From Candidatus Sericytochromatia bacterium S15B-MN24 CBMW_12 (GTDB lineage Bacteria > Cyanobacteriota > Sericytochromatia > S15B-MN24 > UBA4093), in NCBI GenBank assembly GCA_002083825.1, contig DAZV01000039.1:9733-73732 (forward strand): a DNA stretch of 64,000 nucleotides, in the 5' to 3' direction. The notes beneath the pieces are model-generated. The model saw only the letters and a program-made list of their open reading frames with translations, did not search any database and was not told the DNA's origin. Below are positions 28,352 through 38,557 of the stretch, piece after piece. Numbering within the stretch: the first letter of the stretch is position 1; each line of letters starts with the position of its first letter. The position numbers and the translations under genes were made by a program.

Positions 28352-30523
28352 ATGCTGCTTTCCGATCAACCGAAGATCAACTTCGCCTTCGGGGTGCATA
28401 ACCACCAACCCGTGGGCAACTGGGACGCGGTGATCGAGGAGTCCTACCAGAGGGCCTACCTCCCGTTCATCGAGGTTCTCGAGCGCCATTCGGGCATCCG
28501 GACCAGCATCCACTACGCGGGTTTTCTGCTCGACTGGTTGAGCGAGCATCATCCCGAGTTCATCGCCAAGCTCAGGGTGCTGGTGAAGCGCGGGCAACTC
28601 GAACTCCTGACGGGAGCCTTCTACGAGCCCATCCTGGCGGCCATCCCCGACGAGGACAAACGCGGCCAGATCCGGCGACTCTCGGAGACGATCGACAGCC
28701 TGACGGGAGATCGTCCCGAAGGCCTCTGGCTCGCCGAGCGTGTCTGGGAACCCCACCTCGTCAAGCCTATCGCCGAGTCCGGCGCCCAGTACACCATCCT
28801 CGACGACGTCCACTTCAAGGCCGCCGGCCTGCGCGGCCCGGAACTCTTCGGCTACTACCAGAGCGAAGAGCAGGGCCGGACCATCGAGGTCTTCGCCGTC
28901 AACTCCCAGTTGCGCAGCCTCATTCCTTTCGCCTCCCCCGAGAAGGTCGTCGCCACCCTGCGATCTTTCGCAACCCCGGACGGCGGCCGAATCGCCGTCT
29001 GCCTGGACGACGGAGAGAAGCTCGGCCGCTGGCCCAATACCTATCAACTCGTCTACGCCGAGGGCTGGCTCGATCGCTTTTTCACCCTGCTCGAGGACAA
29101 CGCCGACTGGATTACCATGACCACCCTGAGGGACTACCGGCGCAATCGCCGCCCCTGGGGCCGCACCTACATCCCCTCCGCCACTTACGCCCAGATGCAG
29201 GAATGGGCCCTGCCCACCGACCTGGTCGGAGTCTTCCAGCACGCCCGTCACGAGGTCGATTCCCGCTACCAGGACTTCCTGCGCGGAGGATCCTGGCGCA
29301 ACTTCCTGGTCAAGTACCCTGAAAGCAACAACCTCCACAAGAAGATGCTCCTCGTCTCCGCCAAGGTCGCGGCCGCCCGCGAGGTCAAAGCCCCGGTTCC
29401 CGCCCTTTCGCCGGTTTCGGGGGGGGCGGAGTCCCTGGCGGAGGCCGTCACGGCCCTTTACCAGGCCCAGACGAACGATCCGTACTGGCATGGAACCTAT
29501 GGAGGACTTTACCTCAGCCACCTGCGCTCGACCAGCTACCAGAATCTCCTGCGCGCCGAGACCATCGCCGACCGCATCCTTCACGAGGGCCGCGAGTTCT
29601 GCGAGATCTCCGAGCGCGACTTCGACTGCGACGGCGCTCCCGAGATCCTCATCTCGACGGCCTCCCAGAACCTCTACTTCCGGCGGGAGGGCGGCGCGCT
29701 CTTCGAACTGGACTTCAAACCCAAGGCCTTCAACCTGATAGATACCCTGGCCCGCCGACCGGAGCCCTACCATAGCAAGATTGCCGGTGCCTCCGAGGGC
29801 ATTCCCCGCGATCGCATCCCCCATTCCCTCCACGAGCTCTACTTCGCCAAGGAACCGGGGCTCGAACGCCTGCTCTTCCACGATTGGTTCCGGCGAATCT
29901 CGTTCATCGATCACTTCCTTCACCCGGATTCCCGCCTGGAATCCTTCTACAACGTGAGCTACGGCGAGCAAGGCGACTTCGTCAACCAGCATTACCGCCC
30001 GACCATCGAGCGCGAGAGCGACGGCGCCGTTCTCACCCTCATGCGCGAGGGGAACGTCTGGGTGGGCCATGACTTCTGGCCCGTCTCGATTTCCAAGCGG
30101 ATCAAAGTGCCCAAGATCGGCCCCACGGCCCAGGTGGAGTACGTCTTGACCAACGGCCGCGACCTGCCGGTTTCGCTCTGGTTCGGGGTCGAGTTCGCCT
30201 TCAACTTGCTGGCCGGCCATTCCGACGATCGCCGCTACGTCTCTCCATGCCGCGAGATCGCCAATCCCCACCTGGCCTCCAAGGACGAGTTGCTCGACCT
30301 GAGCGCCCTGGGCGCTCGGGACGAGGTACAGGGAATCGAGTTCCTGCTCTCGTGGAGCAAGCCCACCACGGTCTGGCGCTTTCCGATCGAGACCGTTTCG
30401 ATGTCCGAGTCGGGCTTCGAGAGGGTCTATCAAGGCTCGGTCTTCATGCCGCACTGGAAGATCGACCTGCCGGCTGGCGGCACCTGGAACCTGACCTTCG
30501 ACCAGCGCGTCTCGGAACTTTGA
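28352..30523 (+). CDS. GH57-family alpha-amylase / 4-alpha-glucanotransferase-like protein
   Basis: 'FAFGVHNHQPVGNW', 'GQLELLTGAFYEPIL', 'GLWLAERVWEP', 'ILDDVHF' are GH57 catalytic-region motifs. 723 aa with a long C-terminal beta-rich extension. Confidence 0.85.
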   Translation: MLLSDQPKINFAFGVHNHQPVGNWDAVIEESYQRAYLPFIEVLERHSGIRTSIHYAGFLLDWLSEHHPEFIAKLRVLVKRGQLELLTGAFYEPILAAIPDEDKRGQIRRLSETIDSLTGDRPEGLWLAERVWEPHLVKPIAESGAQYTILDDVHFKAAGLRGPELFGYYQSEEQGRTIEVFAVNSQLRSLIPFASPEKVVATLRSFATPDGGRIAVCLDDGEKLGRWPNTYQLVYAEGWLDRFFTLLEDNADWITMTTLRDYRRNRRPWGRTYIPSATYAQMQEWALPTDLVGVFQHARHEVDSRYQDFLRGGSWRNFLVKYPESNNLHKKMLLVSAKVAAAREVKAPVPALSPVSGGAESLAEAVTALYQAQTNDPYWHGTYGGLYLSHLRSTSYQNLLRAETIADRILHEGREFCEISERDFDCDGAPEILISTASQNLYFRREGGALFELDFKPKAFNLIDTLARRPEPYHSKIAGASEGIPRDRIPHSLHELYFAKEPGLERLLFHDWFRRISFIDHFLHPDSRLESFYNVSYGEQGDFVNQHYRPTIERESDGAVLTLMREGNVWVGHDFWPVSISKRIKVPKIGPTAQVEYVLTNGRDLPVSLWFGVEFAFNLLAGHSDDRRYVSPCREIANPHLASKDELLDLSALGARDEVQGIEFLLSWSKPTTVWRFPIETVSMSESGFERVYQGSVFMPHWKIDLPAGGTWNLTFDQRVSEL

Positions 30524-30543
30524 CTCGATGGAGATTAAAGCCC

Positions 30544-31935
30544 ATGTCTAACCGATCCTGGCTGTCCTTCGCCCTCGGGCTCACCCTGGCGACGGGCGCC
30601 TGGCCGTTCGCGGCGCCGGCCCGTGCGGAAGCTCCGCTGGTCCGGAACGTCATCCTGATGATCGGTGACGGCATGGGCCTACCCATCGTCGGTGCCGCGG
30701 AACTGGCGTCCCGCCAGCAGCGCGGGCGTTCCCTCACCTTGACCCGACTCTACAAGGAGGGGGCCATGGGCCTGGCCTTCACGGGTTCGGCGAACTCCAT
30801 GATCACGGATTCCGCCGCCGCCGCGACCACCCTGGCCACCGGAGTCAAGACCAAGAACGGCTACATCGGCATGGGACCCGAGGATCAGGATCTCCTGACC
30901 GTAGCCGAGGCCGCCAAGCAAAATGGCAAGCGCGTCGGGCTGGTCACCACCACCCGGATCTCTCACGCGACGCCGGCCGCCTTCTCCGCCTTGCAGAACG
31001 ACCGCGACGAGGAGAACGCCATCGCCGAGCAGCAGGTGGACTCGGGGGTCGACTTACTGCTCGGGGGAGGCGCCCGCCACTGGCTCCCGAAGGGATCCCC
31101 AGGCAGCAAGCGCAAGGACCATCGGAACCTCGCAGCCGAGGCCCAGGCCAAGGGCTATCAGCTCGTTCGAACCCGCCAGGAACTCCTGGCGTCCAAGAGC
31201 GACAAGCTCCTGGGTCTCTTCCATCTGGATCACCTTTCCTTTCAGGTGGACAAACCCGATGATAGCGAGCCTTCGCTCGCGGAAATGACCGGAAAAGCCC
31301 TCGACGTGCTGGACCGGAACGCGAAGGGCTTCTTTCTGATGGTGGAAGGCGGCAAGATCGATCATGCCCTTCACTCCAACGACGGAGCAGCGGCGATCGC
31401 CGAACTACTGGCCTTCGACGACGCGATCTCCAGGGCCTGGGACTACCAGAAGCTCCATCCCGACACCCTCTTGATCGTCACCTCGGATCATGACACCGGG
31501 GGCTTCACGATCATCGGTCAGCAGCAGCCCGAAAAGCCCCGCTCGATCCGTTACCCGGAGCCGGACGGCATCAAGGTGCTCCACCGCGCGCAACGCTCCC
31601 TCGAATCGATGCTTCCCGAGCTCGAGAAGGCCTCCTCCATCGAGGAGGTCCAGCGGATCATCAAGAGCCACGCGGGAATCGACGTCGACCGCGAATGGGT
31701 GGAGCGGACCGCGGCCAAGCATGCCTGGATGAAGGGGTTCCCTTACCACGAGACCGCAGCCATCGCCGCGGGCGAGCAGCACGTGCTGCCCTTCGGCTTC
31801 ACCACCTCCAGCCACGTGGCGACCCCGGTGCTCATCGGGGCTGTCGGCCCGGATTCCCTGCTTGCGCGACTGCGCATGCCGCAGGAGAACGCGGAGATCG
31901 GTCGCTTGATTGTCGAGATCATGAGCCAGCGCTAG
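30544..31935 (+). CDS. alkaline phosphatase (PhoA family), secreted
   Basis: Signal peptide 'MSNRSWLSFALGLTLATGAWPFAAPARA', 'MIGDGMG', active-site 'TDSAAAATTLATG', 'VEGGKIDHALH', 'TSDHDTGG'. Start trimmed from the tracked ORF. Confidence 0.9.
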   Translation: MSNRSWLSFALGLTLATGAWPFAAPARAEAPLVRNVILMIGDGMGLPIVGAAELASRQQRGRSLTLTRLYKEGAMGLAFTGSANSMITDSAAAATTLATGVKTKNGYIGMGPEDQDLLTVAEAAKQNGKRVGLVTTTRISHATPAAFSALQNDRDEENAIAEQQVDSGVDLLLGGGARHWLPKGSPGSKRKDHRNLAAEAQAKGYQLVRTRQELLASKSDKLLGLFHLDHLSFQVDKPDDSEPSLAEMTGKALDVLDRNAKGFFLMVEGGKIDHALHSNDGAAAIAELLAFDDAISRAWDYQKLHPDTLLIVTSDHDTGGFTIIGQQQPEKPRSIRYPEPDGIKVLHRAQRSLESMLPELEKASSIEEVQRIIKSHAGIDVDREWVERTAAKHAWMKGFPYHETAAIAAGEQHVLPFGFTTSSHVATPVLIGAVGPDSLLARLRMPQENAEIGRLIVEIMSQR

Positions 31936-31991
31936 GGCTTTCGCCCGCTTCCAAGGCGGGGATGCCGTCACAGGGGCAAGGAGGGGGTTGC

Positions 31992-33116
31992 ATGCGACGT
32001 GAATGGGGAGTCTTGCTGGCGGCCAGCCTCGGCTTGATGGGGCTCGGGTTGCCTGGGTGCGACCTTCCGGGTTTGTCTGTTTCTGACGCGCCAAGCAGCG
32101 CCCCGACGTTGCTCGATCCCGCGGAACGGGCCGAGATGGTCCGGGTTTTCCGAGAGTTCCTCACCACCCAGCAGGCACGCCAGCAGGTCAACATCACCTC
32201 GACGACCCTCATCGCCGGCAATTCGGCGGGAATCCTCTCCAACAACGCAGCGAGCCTGACCCAAAACGCGCCCCTCATTTCCAACGGCGGCTCCACCTTG
32301 ATTTCCAACGGCGGAAGCTCCTACCGCTTGGCCGTTGCGCGAGACCAGGCTCCCTCCCAGCACCATGCCTTGCCCGACGGCAATCACTTTTACCGCCTCG
32401 GCAACACCGGAGATACGTTCATCGAGACCTTCGTCACGCGAACGGCCAACTCGGCGGTCGAGAGTTTCGACGTGCCCGATGCCGACGTATTGGTTCACGG
32501 CGAGATGCGGGTGACCCCGGCGGATTACAGCGAGACCGACGTTGGCGATTGGCTTTACGGGATGGGCACGAATCACTACGCCATCAAGGTCCTGAAGAGC
32601 CCGGTCCTGGAAGGCTACACGAGCGATGTCTGGATCACCGCTCCCATGGGGGGCGGGCCCAGCCAGCAATACGTCGAGAACGCCGCCTACGAGGTCGGCG
32701 GCCTGAGCGTCACCGCCGAGGCGACTCACAGTTCCTTCGCAGGGTTCAACGTCGACGGCAAGAATCTACATCTACCGACCTCAGGCGAGGAACGGATCCG
32801 GATCGGCGGGGCTTTGCTCGACCTGAACTACCAAAATGTCTCCGGCCAAGGAGTCGGCTCCGGCACCTGGAAGGCGAGCGCTCGGGACGCCTGGCCCTTG
32901 ACCTATACCTTCGACTTCGGAAAGAACATCGCCGAGATGCGCGTCAGTCTCCCGGCGGATCGCTTCATGGTTTTCACGATCCGACCGGGCATGCACGTGG
33001 AAACGGGCAGGGCCACGAACCAGGCCGGTGAGACGCTCGCCACGCTCGCGAAGCGTCCGGACGGGGCCCTCGTCCTGCGCGTCTCCGGTGCGGAAGACCT
33101 GCCGATCTTCGAGTAA
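31992..33116 (+). CDS. hypothetical lipoprotein
   Basis: 'LGLMGLGLPGC' lipobox and an AAGGAGGGGG RBS. It contains a short 'LISNGGSTLISNGGSSY' repeat. No family recognised. Confidence 0.7.
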   Translation: MRREWGVLLAASLGLMGLGLPGCDLPGLSVSDAPSSAPTLLDPAERAEMVRVFREFLTTQQARQQVNITSTTLIAGNSAGILSNNAASLTQNAPLISNGGSTLISNGGSSYRLAVARDQAPSQHHALPDGNHFYRLGNTGDTFIETFVTRTANSAVESFDVPDADVLVHGEMRVTPADYSETDVGDWLYGMGTNHYAIKVLKSPVLEGYTSDVWITAPMGGGPSQQYVENAAYEVGGLSVTAEATHSSFAGFNVDGKNLHLPTSGEERIRIGGALLDLNYQNVSGQGVGSGTWKASARDAWPLTYTFDFGKNIAEMRVSLPADRFMVFTIRPGMHVETGRATNQAGETLATLAKRPDGALVLRVSGAEDLPIFE

Positions 33117-33118
33117 GC

Positions 33119-34609
33119 TCAGGCGATCCACTCGCGCCCGGTGCCCGGCGCGCGCGCGTCGGCCTCGGGCCCGCCGCCGCGCAGGACCCGCTGGATATCG
33201 GCCTCGTAGAGCACCTCGTGAGTCAGAAGCGCCTGCGCCAGCCGGTCCAGCTCCTTGCGCCGCAGGACCAGCAGTTCCTGGGCTTCACGGTAGGATGCCG
33301 TCATGAGCCCCTCGATTTCCTGATCCAGCCGGCTCCGGGTCCCTTCCGAGAGGCTCATCTCCTTGTAATTCGCGGGCACGCCGATGCTCGTCATGCCGAG
33401 CTCCCAGACCATGAGCTCGGCAAGTTTGGTGGCGCGCTTCAGATCCGAGTGCGCGCCGCTCGTCACCTCTCCGAACACGAGCGCTTCGGCGGCCCGTCCG
33501 CCCAAGAGCGCGGTGATCTCGGACCGGTACTCGTCACACCCGACCAAGTACCGGTCCTCCACGTTCACGGCCCAGGTATAGCCGAGAGCGCTGCGCCCCG
33601 TCGGGATGATGGAGATCTTATGGATTCGCTTGTGAGGTTGTAGATAGAGATTCACCAGGGCATGGCCCGCCTCGTGGAAGGCCACGATTTCGCGTTCGCG
33701 TGCCGTGATGCTCTGGGCATGTTCGAGCCCGAGCCCGAGCCGCTCGATGGCATGAGAGAAGTCTTCCTGCTTCGCCCGTTGCCTCCCCGCCCTTACCGCC
33801 ATGATGCTCGCCTCGTTGACCATGTTGGCGAGATCGGCGCCGCTCATGTTGATTGCTGCTCGTGCCAGTGACTGGAGGTCGAGCCCGTCCTCGACCTGGA
33901 TCTTGCGGGAGTAGTGGGCCAGGAGGGCCTCGCGCCCCTTGAGGTCGGGAAGGCCGATGTGAAGCTTGCGATCGAAGCGTCCGGGGCGGAGGAGGGCCAC
34001 ATCCAGGCTCTCTTCGAGGTTCGTCGCGCCGATGGTGATGACGTTTCCGCCGTGGGAGAAGCCGTCGAGCTCGACCAGGAACTGATTGAGGGTCTGGTTG
34101 GACTCCTGGCTGCCGAACATGCCTGACGAGCGCGATCGCCCCAGGGCGTCTATCTCGTCGATGAAGACGATGGCCGCCGGATGCTTGCGAGCCTTCTGGT
34201 AGAGCTTGCGAATGCGGCTCGCGCCCACCCCCACGAAGACCTCGACGAAATCCGAACCGGAAAGGGAGTAGAAAGGAACGCCGGCCTCGTTGGCGATCGC
34301 CTTGGCCAGGAGCGTCTTTCCCGTTCCCGGAGGGCCCACCAACAGAAGCCCCTTGGGAACCTTCGCGCCGATTTGCTGGTATTGTCCGGCGTTTTTCAGG
34401 AAATCAACGATTTCTTGGGCCTCGAGCTTGGCCTCGTCCACCCCGAGAACGTCGGCAAAGCGGATGCTTCCCACGTCCTTGGCCGGCGCGAACTTGGCTC
34501 CCCGGTTGAAGGCTCCGCTCATGACCTTGGCGTAGACCAGGACGAAGACCACCGCATAGAGCACGATCATCAGGAAAGTCACAGCAAGCTGGGCGATGAA
34601 TTCGAGCAT
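33119..34609 (-). CDS. FtsH-family AAA+ zinc metalloprotease, short single-TM form
   Basis: Walker A 'GPPGTGKT', Walker B 'IVFIDEIDA', SRH 'TNLEESLDVALLRPGRFD', Zn site 'FHEAGHALV'. There is only one N-terminal TM helix, followed directly by the AAA module. Confidence 0.85.
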   Translation of the reverse strand: MLEFIAQLAVTFLMIVLYAVVFVLVYAKVMSGAFNRGAKFAPAKDVGSIRFADVLGVDEAKLEAQEIVDFLKNAGQYQQIGAKVPKGLLLVGPPGTGKTLLAKAIANEAGVPFYSLSGSDFVEVFVGVGASRIRKLYQKARKHPAAIVFIDEIDALGRSRSSGMFGSQESNQTLNQFLVELDGFSHGGNVITIGATNLEESLDVALLRPGRFDRKLHIGLPDLKGREALLAHYSRKIQVEDGLDLQSLARAAINMSGADLANMVNEASIMAVRAGRQRAKQEDFSHAIERLGLGLEHAQSITAREREIVAFHEAGHALVNLYLQPHKRIHKISIIPTGRSALGYTWAVNVEDRYLVGCDEYRSEITALLGGRAAEALVFGEVTSGAHSDLKRATKLAELMVWELGMTSIGVPANYKEMSLSEGTRSRLDQEIEGLMTASYREAQELLVLRRKELDRLAQALLTHEVLYEADIQRVLRGGGPEADARAPGTGREWIA

Positions 34610-34782
34610 GGTCACCTCCTCGTTCCGTGGGAATGGAGGCATCCTAGCAAACGAGCAAGTAATCGTGATTCATCCCGAACGACCAGGCTTTCTCTCCGAA
34701 TTGGCCAATAACAGCCGCGGCTTGGTTTTTTCAGGGATTGAGGCTATCATGAGGACGGAAACCCCCATTTCGCGAGGCTTGA

Positions 34783-36396
34783 TTGCAGATCCTGCTCACC
34801 ATCCTGGGCGGCGTCGCCCTCCTGCTGCTCGGCATGCATATGGCCGGCGAGGGCCTTCAGCAGGCCGCAGGGGCCCGCCTGCGCGCCATGGTCAACACCC
34901 TGACCACGACCCGCTTGCGCGGCCTCATGCTCGGCACTGCGATGACGGCCATCATGCAGAGCTCCGGCGCCACCACCGTCCTCTTGGTCTCGTTCGTCGG
35001 GGCGGGGCTCTTGTCGTTCGAGCAGACCATCGCCGTGATTCTGGGCGCCAACATCGGCACCACCGTCACGGTCCAGCTCATCGCCTTCAAGATCACCGAT
35101 TACGCCATGGGCCTGGTCGCGCTCGGTTTCCTGGTTTCCCGGATTGCCCGCAAGTCCTTCTTGAAGCACATGGGCCATGCGATCCTCGGCTTCGGCCTGA
35201 TCTTCCTGGCCATCCACCTCTTCGGACAGACCATGGCTCCCCTCAAGGACGCCCCCATCGTCGCCGACATGATGGTCGCTCTTGGGCGTGACATCTGGCT
35301 CGGAGTCCTGCTAGGCGCTCTCGCCACCGCGGCCGTCAACTCCTCGGCGGCCATCATCGGCCTGACGCTCGTGCTCGCCTCTCATGAGGTCATGCCGCTC
35401 GCCACCGCCCTACCGCTGATGCTGGGAGCCAATGTCGGGACCTGTGCGACCTCGCTCCTCGCCTCGGTTGGCGCTCCGCTCGAAGCCAAGCGGGTCGCTG
35501 CGGTGCATACCCTGGTGAAAGTCTCGGGCGTGTTGATTGCCGTGCCCTTGCTGGAGCCCTTCACGAGGCTGGTCATGCTCACGGCTGAGGATGCCCCGCG
35601 CCAGATCGCCATGGGGCATACGATCTTCAATGTGGGCCTGTCCCTGATGTTCCTGCCGCTGGCAGGTCCACTCGCCCACTTCATCAAGCGCGTCCTTCCC
35701 AATAATCCCAGCGAGGAGGTGGGTTTCCAGATTCGCTATCTCGACGAGCGGATTCTGTCGTCGCCGGTGCTCGCTCTGGGTGCTGCCAATCGCGAGGTTC
35801 GGCGCATGGCGGACCGGGTCCAGATCATGATGAGCGAGGCCATGGCGCTCTTCTTGCGGGGCGACGAGGATATTCTCGATCGGCTCGAAAAGCTGGAGAT
35901 CGAACTCGATGCGCTCACGCGCGCCATCATCAACTACCTCGCCAACCTTTCGCAGAACGCGTTGACGGCCGAGGAGTCGCGCAAGGCCGCGAGCATCCTT
36001 TACATCGTCAACGATCTCGAGCACATTGGCGACGCGCTCACCAAGCTTGCCTTACAGGGGCGCAAGGTGATCGATCTCGGGCTCTCCTTCTCGCCGGAAG
36101 GTGTCCTGGAGCTGGTGGACATGCACCAGAAGGTCACCACCAACCTCGACATGGCGATCGTTGCGTTCATGACTTCCGATCGGGCCTTGGCTGAGAGCGT
36201 GGTGGAAACCAAGCCCAAGATTGCGCGCCTGGAGCGTGATTTACGTCAGGCGCACCTGGGCAGGCTCTGGGCGGGGTTGATCGACACGCGAAACACCTCG
36301 GCGATTCACCTCGAGCTCATCAACGGGTGGCAGCGAATCAACGATCATGCCGCCGATATCGCCATGGCCGTCCTCGAGGTGAGTCCTTCCGCCTAG
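34783..36396 (+). CDS. Na/Pi cotransporter family protein with PhoU-like C-terminal domain
   Basis: N-terminus 'ILLTILGGVALLLLGMHMAGEGLQ' and a duplicated NptA-type membrane repeat. The C-terminal helical PhoU-like region is 'ASILYIVNDLEHIGD ... INDHAADIA'. TTG start. Confidence 0.85.
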   Translation: MQILLTILGGVALLLLGMHMAGEGLQQAAGARLRAMVNTLTTTRLRGLMLGTAMTAIMQSSGATTVLLVSFVGAGLLSFEQTIAVILGANIGTTVTVQLIAFKITDYAMGLVALGFLVSRIARKSFLKHMGHAILGFGLIFLAIHLFGQTMAPLKDAPIVADMMVALGRDIWLGVLLGALATAAVNSSAAIIGLTLVLASHEVMPLATALPLMLGANVGTCATSLLASVGAPLEAKRVAAVHTLVKVSGVLIAVPLLEPFTRLVMLTAEDAPRQIAMGHTIFNVGLSLMFLPLAGPLAHFIKRVLPNNPSEEVGFQIRYLDERILSSPVLALGAANREVRRMADRVQIMMSEAMALFLRGDEDILDRLEKLEIELDALTRAIINYLANLSQNALTAEESRKAASILYIVNDLEHIGDALTKLALQGRKVIDLGLSFSPEGVLELVDMHQKVTTNLDMAIVAFMTSDRALAESVVETKPKIARLERDLRQAHLGRLWAGLIDTRNTSAIHLELINGWQRINDHAADIAMAVLEVSPSA

Positions 36397-36434
36397 GAGT
36401 GGCCCTGGAGCTCGTGCCCGCGCGCTTGCATCGT

Positions 36435-37895
36435 TCATCCTGTCGGGGCCCGCCTCGGCAGGATTCGCTTGAGGTGTCGTTTTTCCTGGGCGGTGTAGAA
36501 GCCCAGCGCATGGAGTGCGAGGGGGAAGGCCAGCAGGGCCAGCACCCGGAGCGGAAGGCTCCATGATCCGGTTCGTGCCGCGAGCTGACCGATGAAAAAA
36601 ATTCCCGAACAGGCCAGAGAGAGCTTGCCCAGCCGTCCCCAGTCATAGGGGATGGGGTGGAGCCGTTGTGCGACGGTATAGGTGACGGCGGCAACCGCCG
36701 CGTAGCTGGCGACCTTTGCCGATGCCGCCCCCATGGCGCCCCAGCGTGGGACTAGGAGGCAGTTTAGGGCCAAATTGACGCCGGCTCCGATGCCGGTGAA
36801 GAGGAGGTAGAAGCCGAAGCGCCGGGCGAGGTTCACTCCGGTGAGGAAGACGGGGTGGGCGGTGGCGAGGACGGAGGATAGGAGCAGGAGGGGGATGAGT
36901 TCGGCGGCGCCCTGGTAGGAGTCGTTGGCGATCAGGGCGATCAACTCGGGGGCGAAGAGCGAGAGCGCGAGGAAGGCGGTGGCTGCGGCGAGCATGAGGT
37001 AGGTGAGAGCGGCGGCGAAGATGCGGGGTGCGCCTTGGGGGTCTTTTTCTGCGAGCGAGTACATGTAGGCCGGCCATGCCAGGGAGAAGGGGGTGGCGAG
37101 ACCTATCATGACGATCATGCCGATTTTGTTTCCGAGCGAGTAGATACCGACCTGGGTGGCGGTGGTGTAGAAGAGCAGGAAGTATCGGTCGGTGAGCTGG
37201 GTGATCCATGCGGCGATGGAGTTGGGTAGGTGAAGGCCTCCCCAGCAGAGCAGGATCCATGCGAGTCGGGGGCTGAAGCGAGGGGGGTATTTCCAGAAGA
37301 TGCCTCCGAGGGTGACGACGGCGAGTCCGCCTTGGACGATGGCCATGCTGAGTAGGACTCCGTTGACACCCATGCCGCGCATGCCGACGTGGTAGAGGTT
37401 GAGTCCGACGGTGAGCAGGAGCTGCGAGAGGGTGAGCGCGACGAAGAGGTGGGGTTTTTGTCGGGCTCTGAGGATGGAGAGGGGGAGGAGTCCGAGGGCG
37501 CCGAGGGCGGCGATGGCGATGACGGGTCGCAGGTGGTGGACGGGAAGATCGGGAAGGGCGTTGGCGAGCATGGGGGCGGCCCAGAGGGCGACCGCGGTCA
37601 TGAGGGCAGCGACGGCGAGGACCATGAAGACGGCGGTGGTGACGAGGGTTCGGCGCTCGATTTCGTCCTGGCAGCGGCCGAAGTAGGTGCCGTAGAGTGA
37701 GCTGGCCATGCCCCAGGCGAAGAGGATCAGGCCGATCTGGTAGGTGGCGAGGATGGTTTCGAGCTGGCCGTACTCGGCGGGTGAGAGGTGATGGGTGTAG
37801 AGGGGGATGAGCAGGAAGCTAACCATGCTTCCGGCGACGGATCCGAGTCCGTAGATGACGCTTTGGGTGAAGAGCTGGCGCAGGGCGCTGAGCAA
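36435..37895 (-). CDS. MOP-superfamily polysaccharide/oligosaccharide flippase (Wzx-like)
   Basis: 486 aa with ~12-14 TM helices. The N-terminus 'LRQLFTQSVIYGLGSVAGSMVSFLLIPLYTHHLSPAEYG' is typical of the family. TTG start after GAGGAGG. Confidence 0.8.
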   Translation of the reverse strand: MLSALRQLFTQSVIYGLGSVAGSMVSFLLIPLYTHHLSPAEYGQLETILATYQIGLILFAWGMASSLYGTYFGRCQDEIERRTLVTTAVFMVLAVAALMTAVALWAAPMLANALPDLPVHHLRPVIAIAALGALGLLPLSILRARQKPHLFVALTLSQLLLTVGLNLYHVGMRGMGVNGVLLSMAIVQGGLAVVTLGGIFWKYPPRFSPRLAWILLCWGGLHLPNSIAAWITQLTDRYFLLFYTTATQVGIYSLGNKIGMIVMIGLATPFSLAWPAYMYSLAEKDPQGAPRIFAAALTYLMLAAATAFLALSLFAPELIALIANDSYQGAAELIPLLLLSSVLATAHPVFLTGVNLARRFGFYLLFTGIGAGVNLALNCLLVPRWGAMGAASAKVASYAAVAAVTYTVAQRLHPIPYDWGRLGKLSLACSGIFFIGQLAARTGSWSLPLRVLALLAFPLALHALGFYTAQEKRHLKRILPRRAPTG

Positions 37896-38194
37896 GGGAT
37901 CCTCCTCTCGCGAGTTCCTTTCAAGATGCCAGGGGTTGCGGTGGAATCCCAGGTCCAGGGCAGACGAGGAGGTTTGTGGGGCGGGGGGTTTCGAGCGGGT
38001 GAAGCTAGCTCGTCGCTTTTGTCGGGGGAGGGTCTTTGTTAAGATGGGTCCGCCGGAGGAAAGCTTCCGGAGCGGGTGCTGCGGATGTCCGTGCGTGGGT
38101 CGGTCAGGTTGTGGGCGTTTCGCTATCCCGTGGCATTCAACGGCACCGAGCGGCCTCGAAGGGCAACGAGCGGCGTCACGAAAAAGGAGGGACT

Positions 38195-38557
38195 ATGGGC
38201 ACCCGAGTCATTCCCACCGATCAGTGGTTGGGTTACCTCAACAGCATCAGCACGATCAAGCGTAAAGCCGACGTTCGGGTGGAGATCCTGAGCGAGGAGT
38301 TCGGGGACCAGGTCATCACGGAGCGGGCTCCCCTTTTGGCCCTGATGAGCGAGCAGAAGGGTTCGGAGGCTTGTGCGGTGGACATCGAGATCGGCAACCA
38401 GAACGTGAACAATGCCGATCGCTTGACGCACTCGGTGATTTGCACCTCCAAGCTTCAGGTGGAGGAGGACGCGTCGGGGGATCCGCGGGCGATCGCGCTC
38501 ATCGGGGAGGACCCGCAGACCCATGCGAAGGTGACTACCATCGTTCGTTTTCTCTAG
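38195..38557 (+). CDS. small hypothetical protein (DUF5335-like by recollection)
   Basis: ATG at 38195 is preceded by AAAAAGGAGGG. 120 aa, 'IPTDQWLGYLNSIS...VRVEIL' and ending 'TTIVRFL'. Its TAG stop is the first triplet of the long-form repeat. Confidence 0.7.
   Translation: MGTRVIPTDQWLGYLNSISTIKRKADVRVEILSEEFGDQVITERAPLLALMSEQKGSEACAVDIEIGNQNVNNADRLTHSVICTSKLQVEEDASGDPRAIALIGEDPQTHAKVTTIVRFL

Noticed and set aside
30247-30543. Upstream extension of the alkaline phosphatase ORF
   Set aside because: The extension overlaps the end of the GH57 gene in another frame and is Arg/Pro-rich. A signal peptide with a GGAG RBS begins at 30544.
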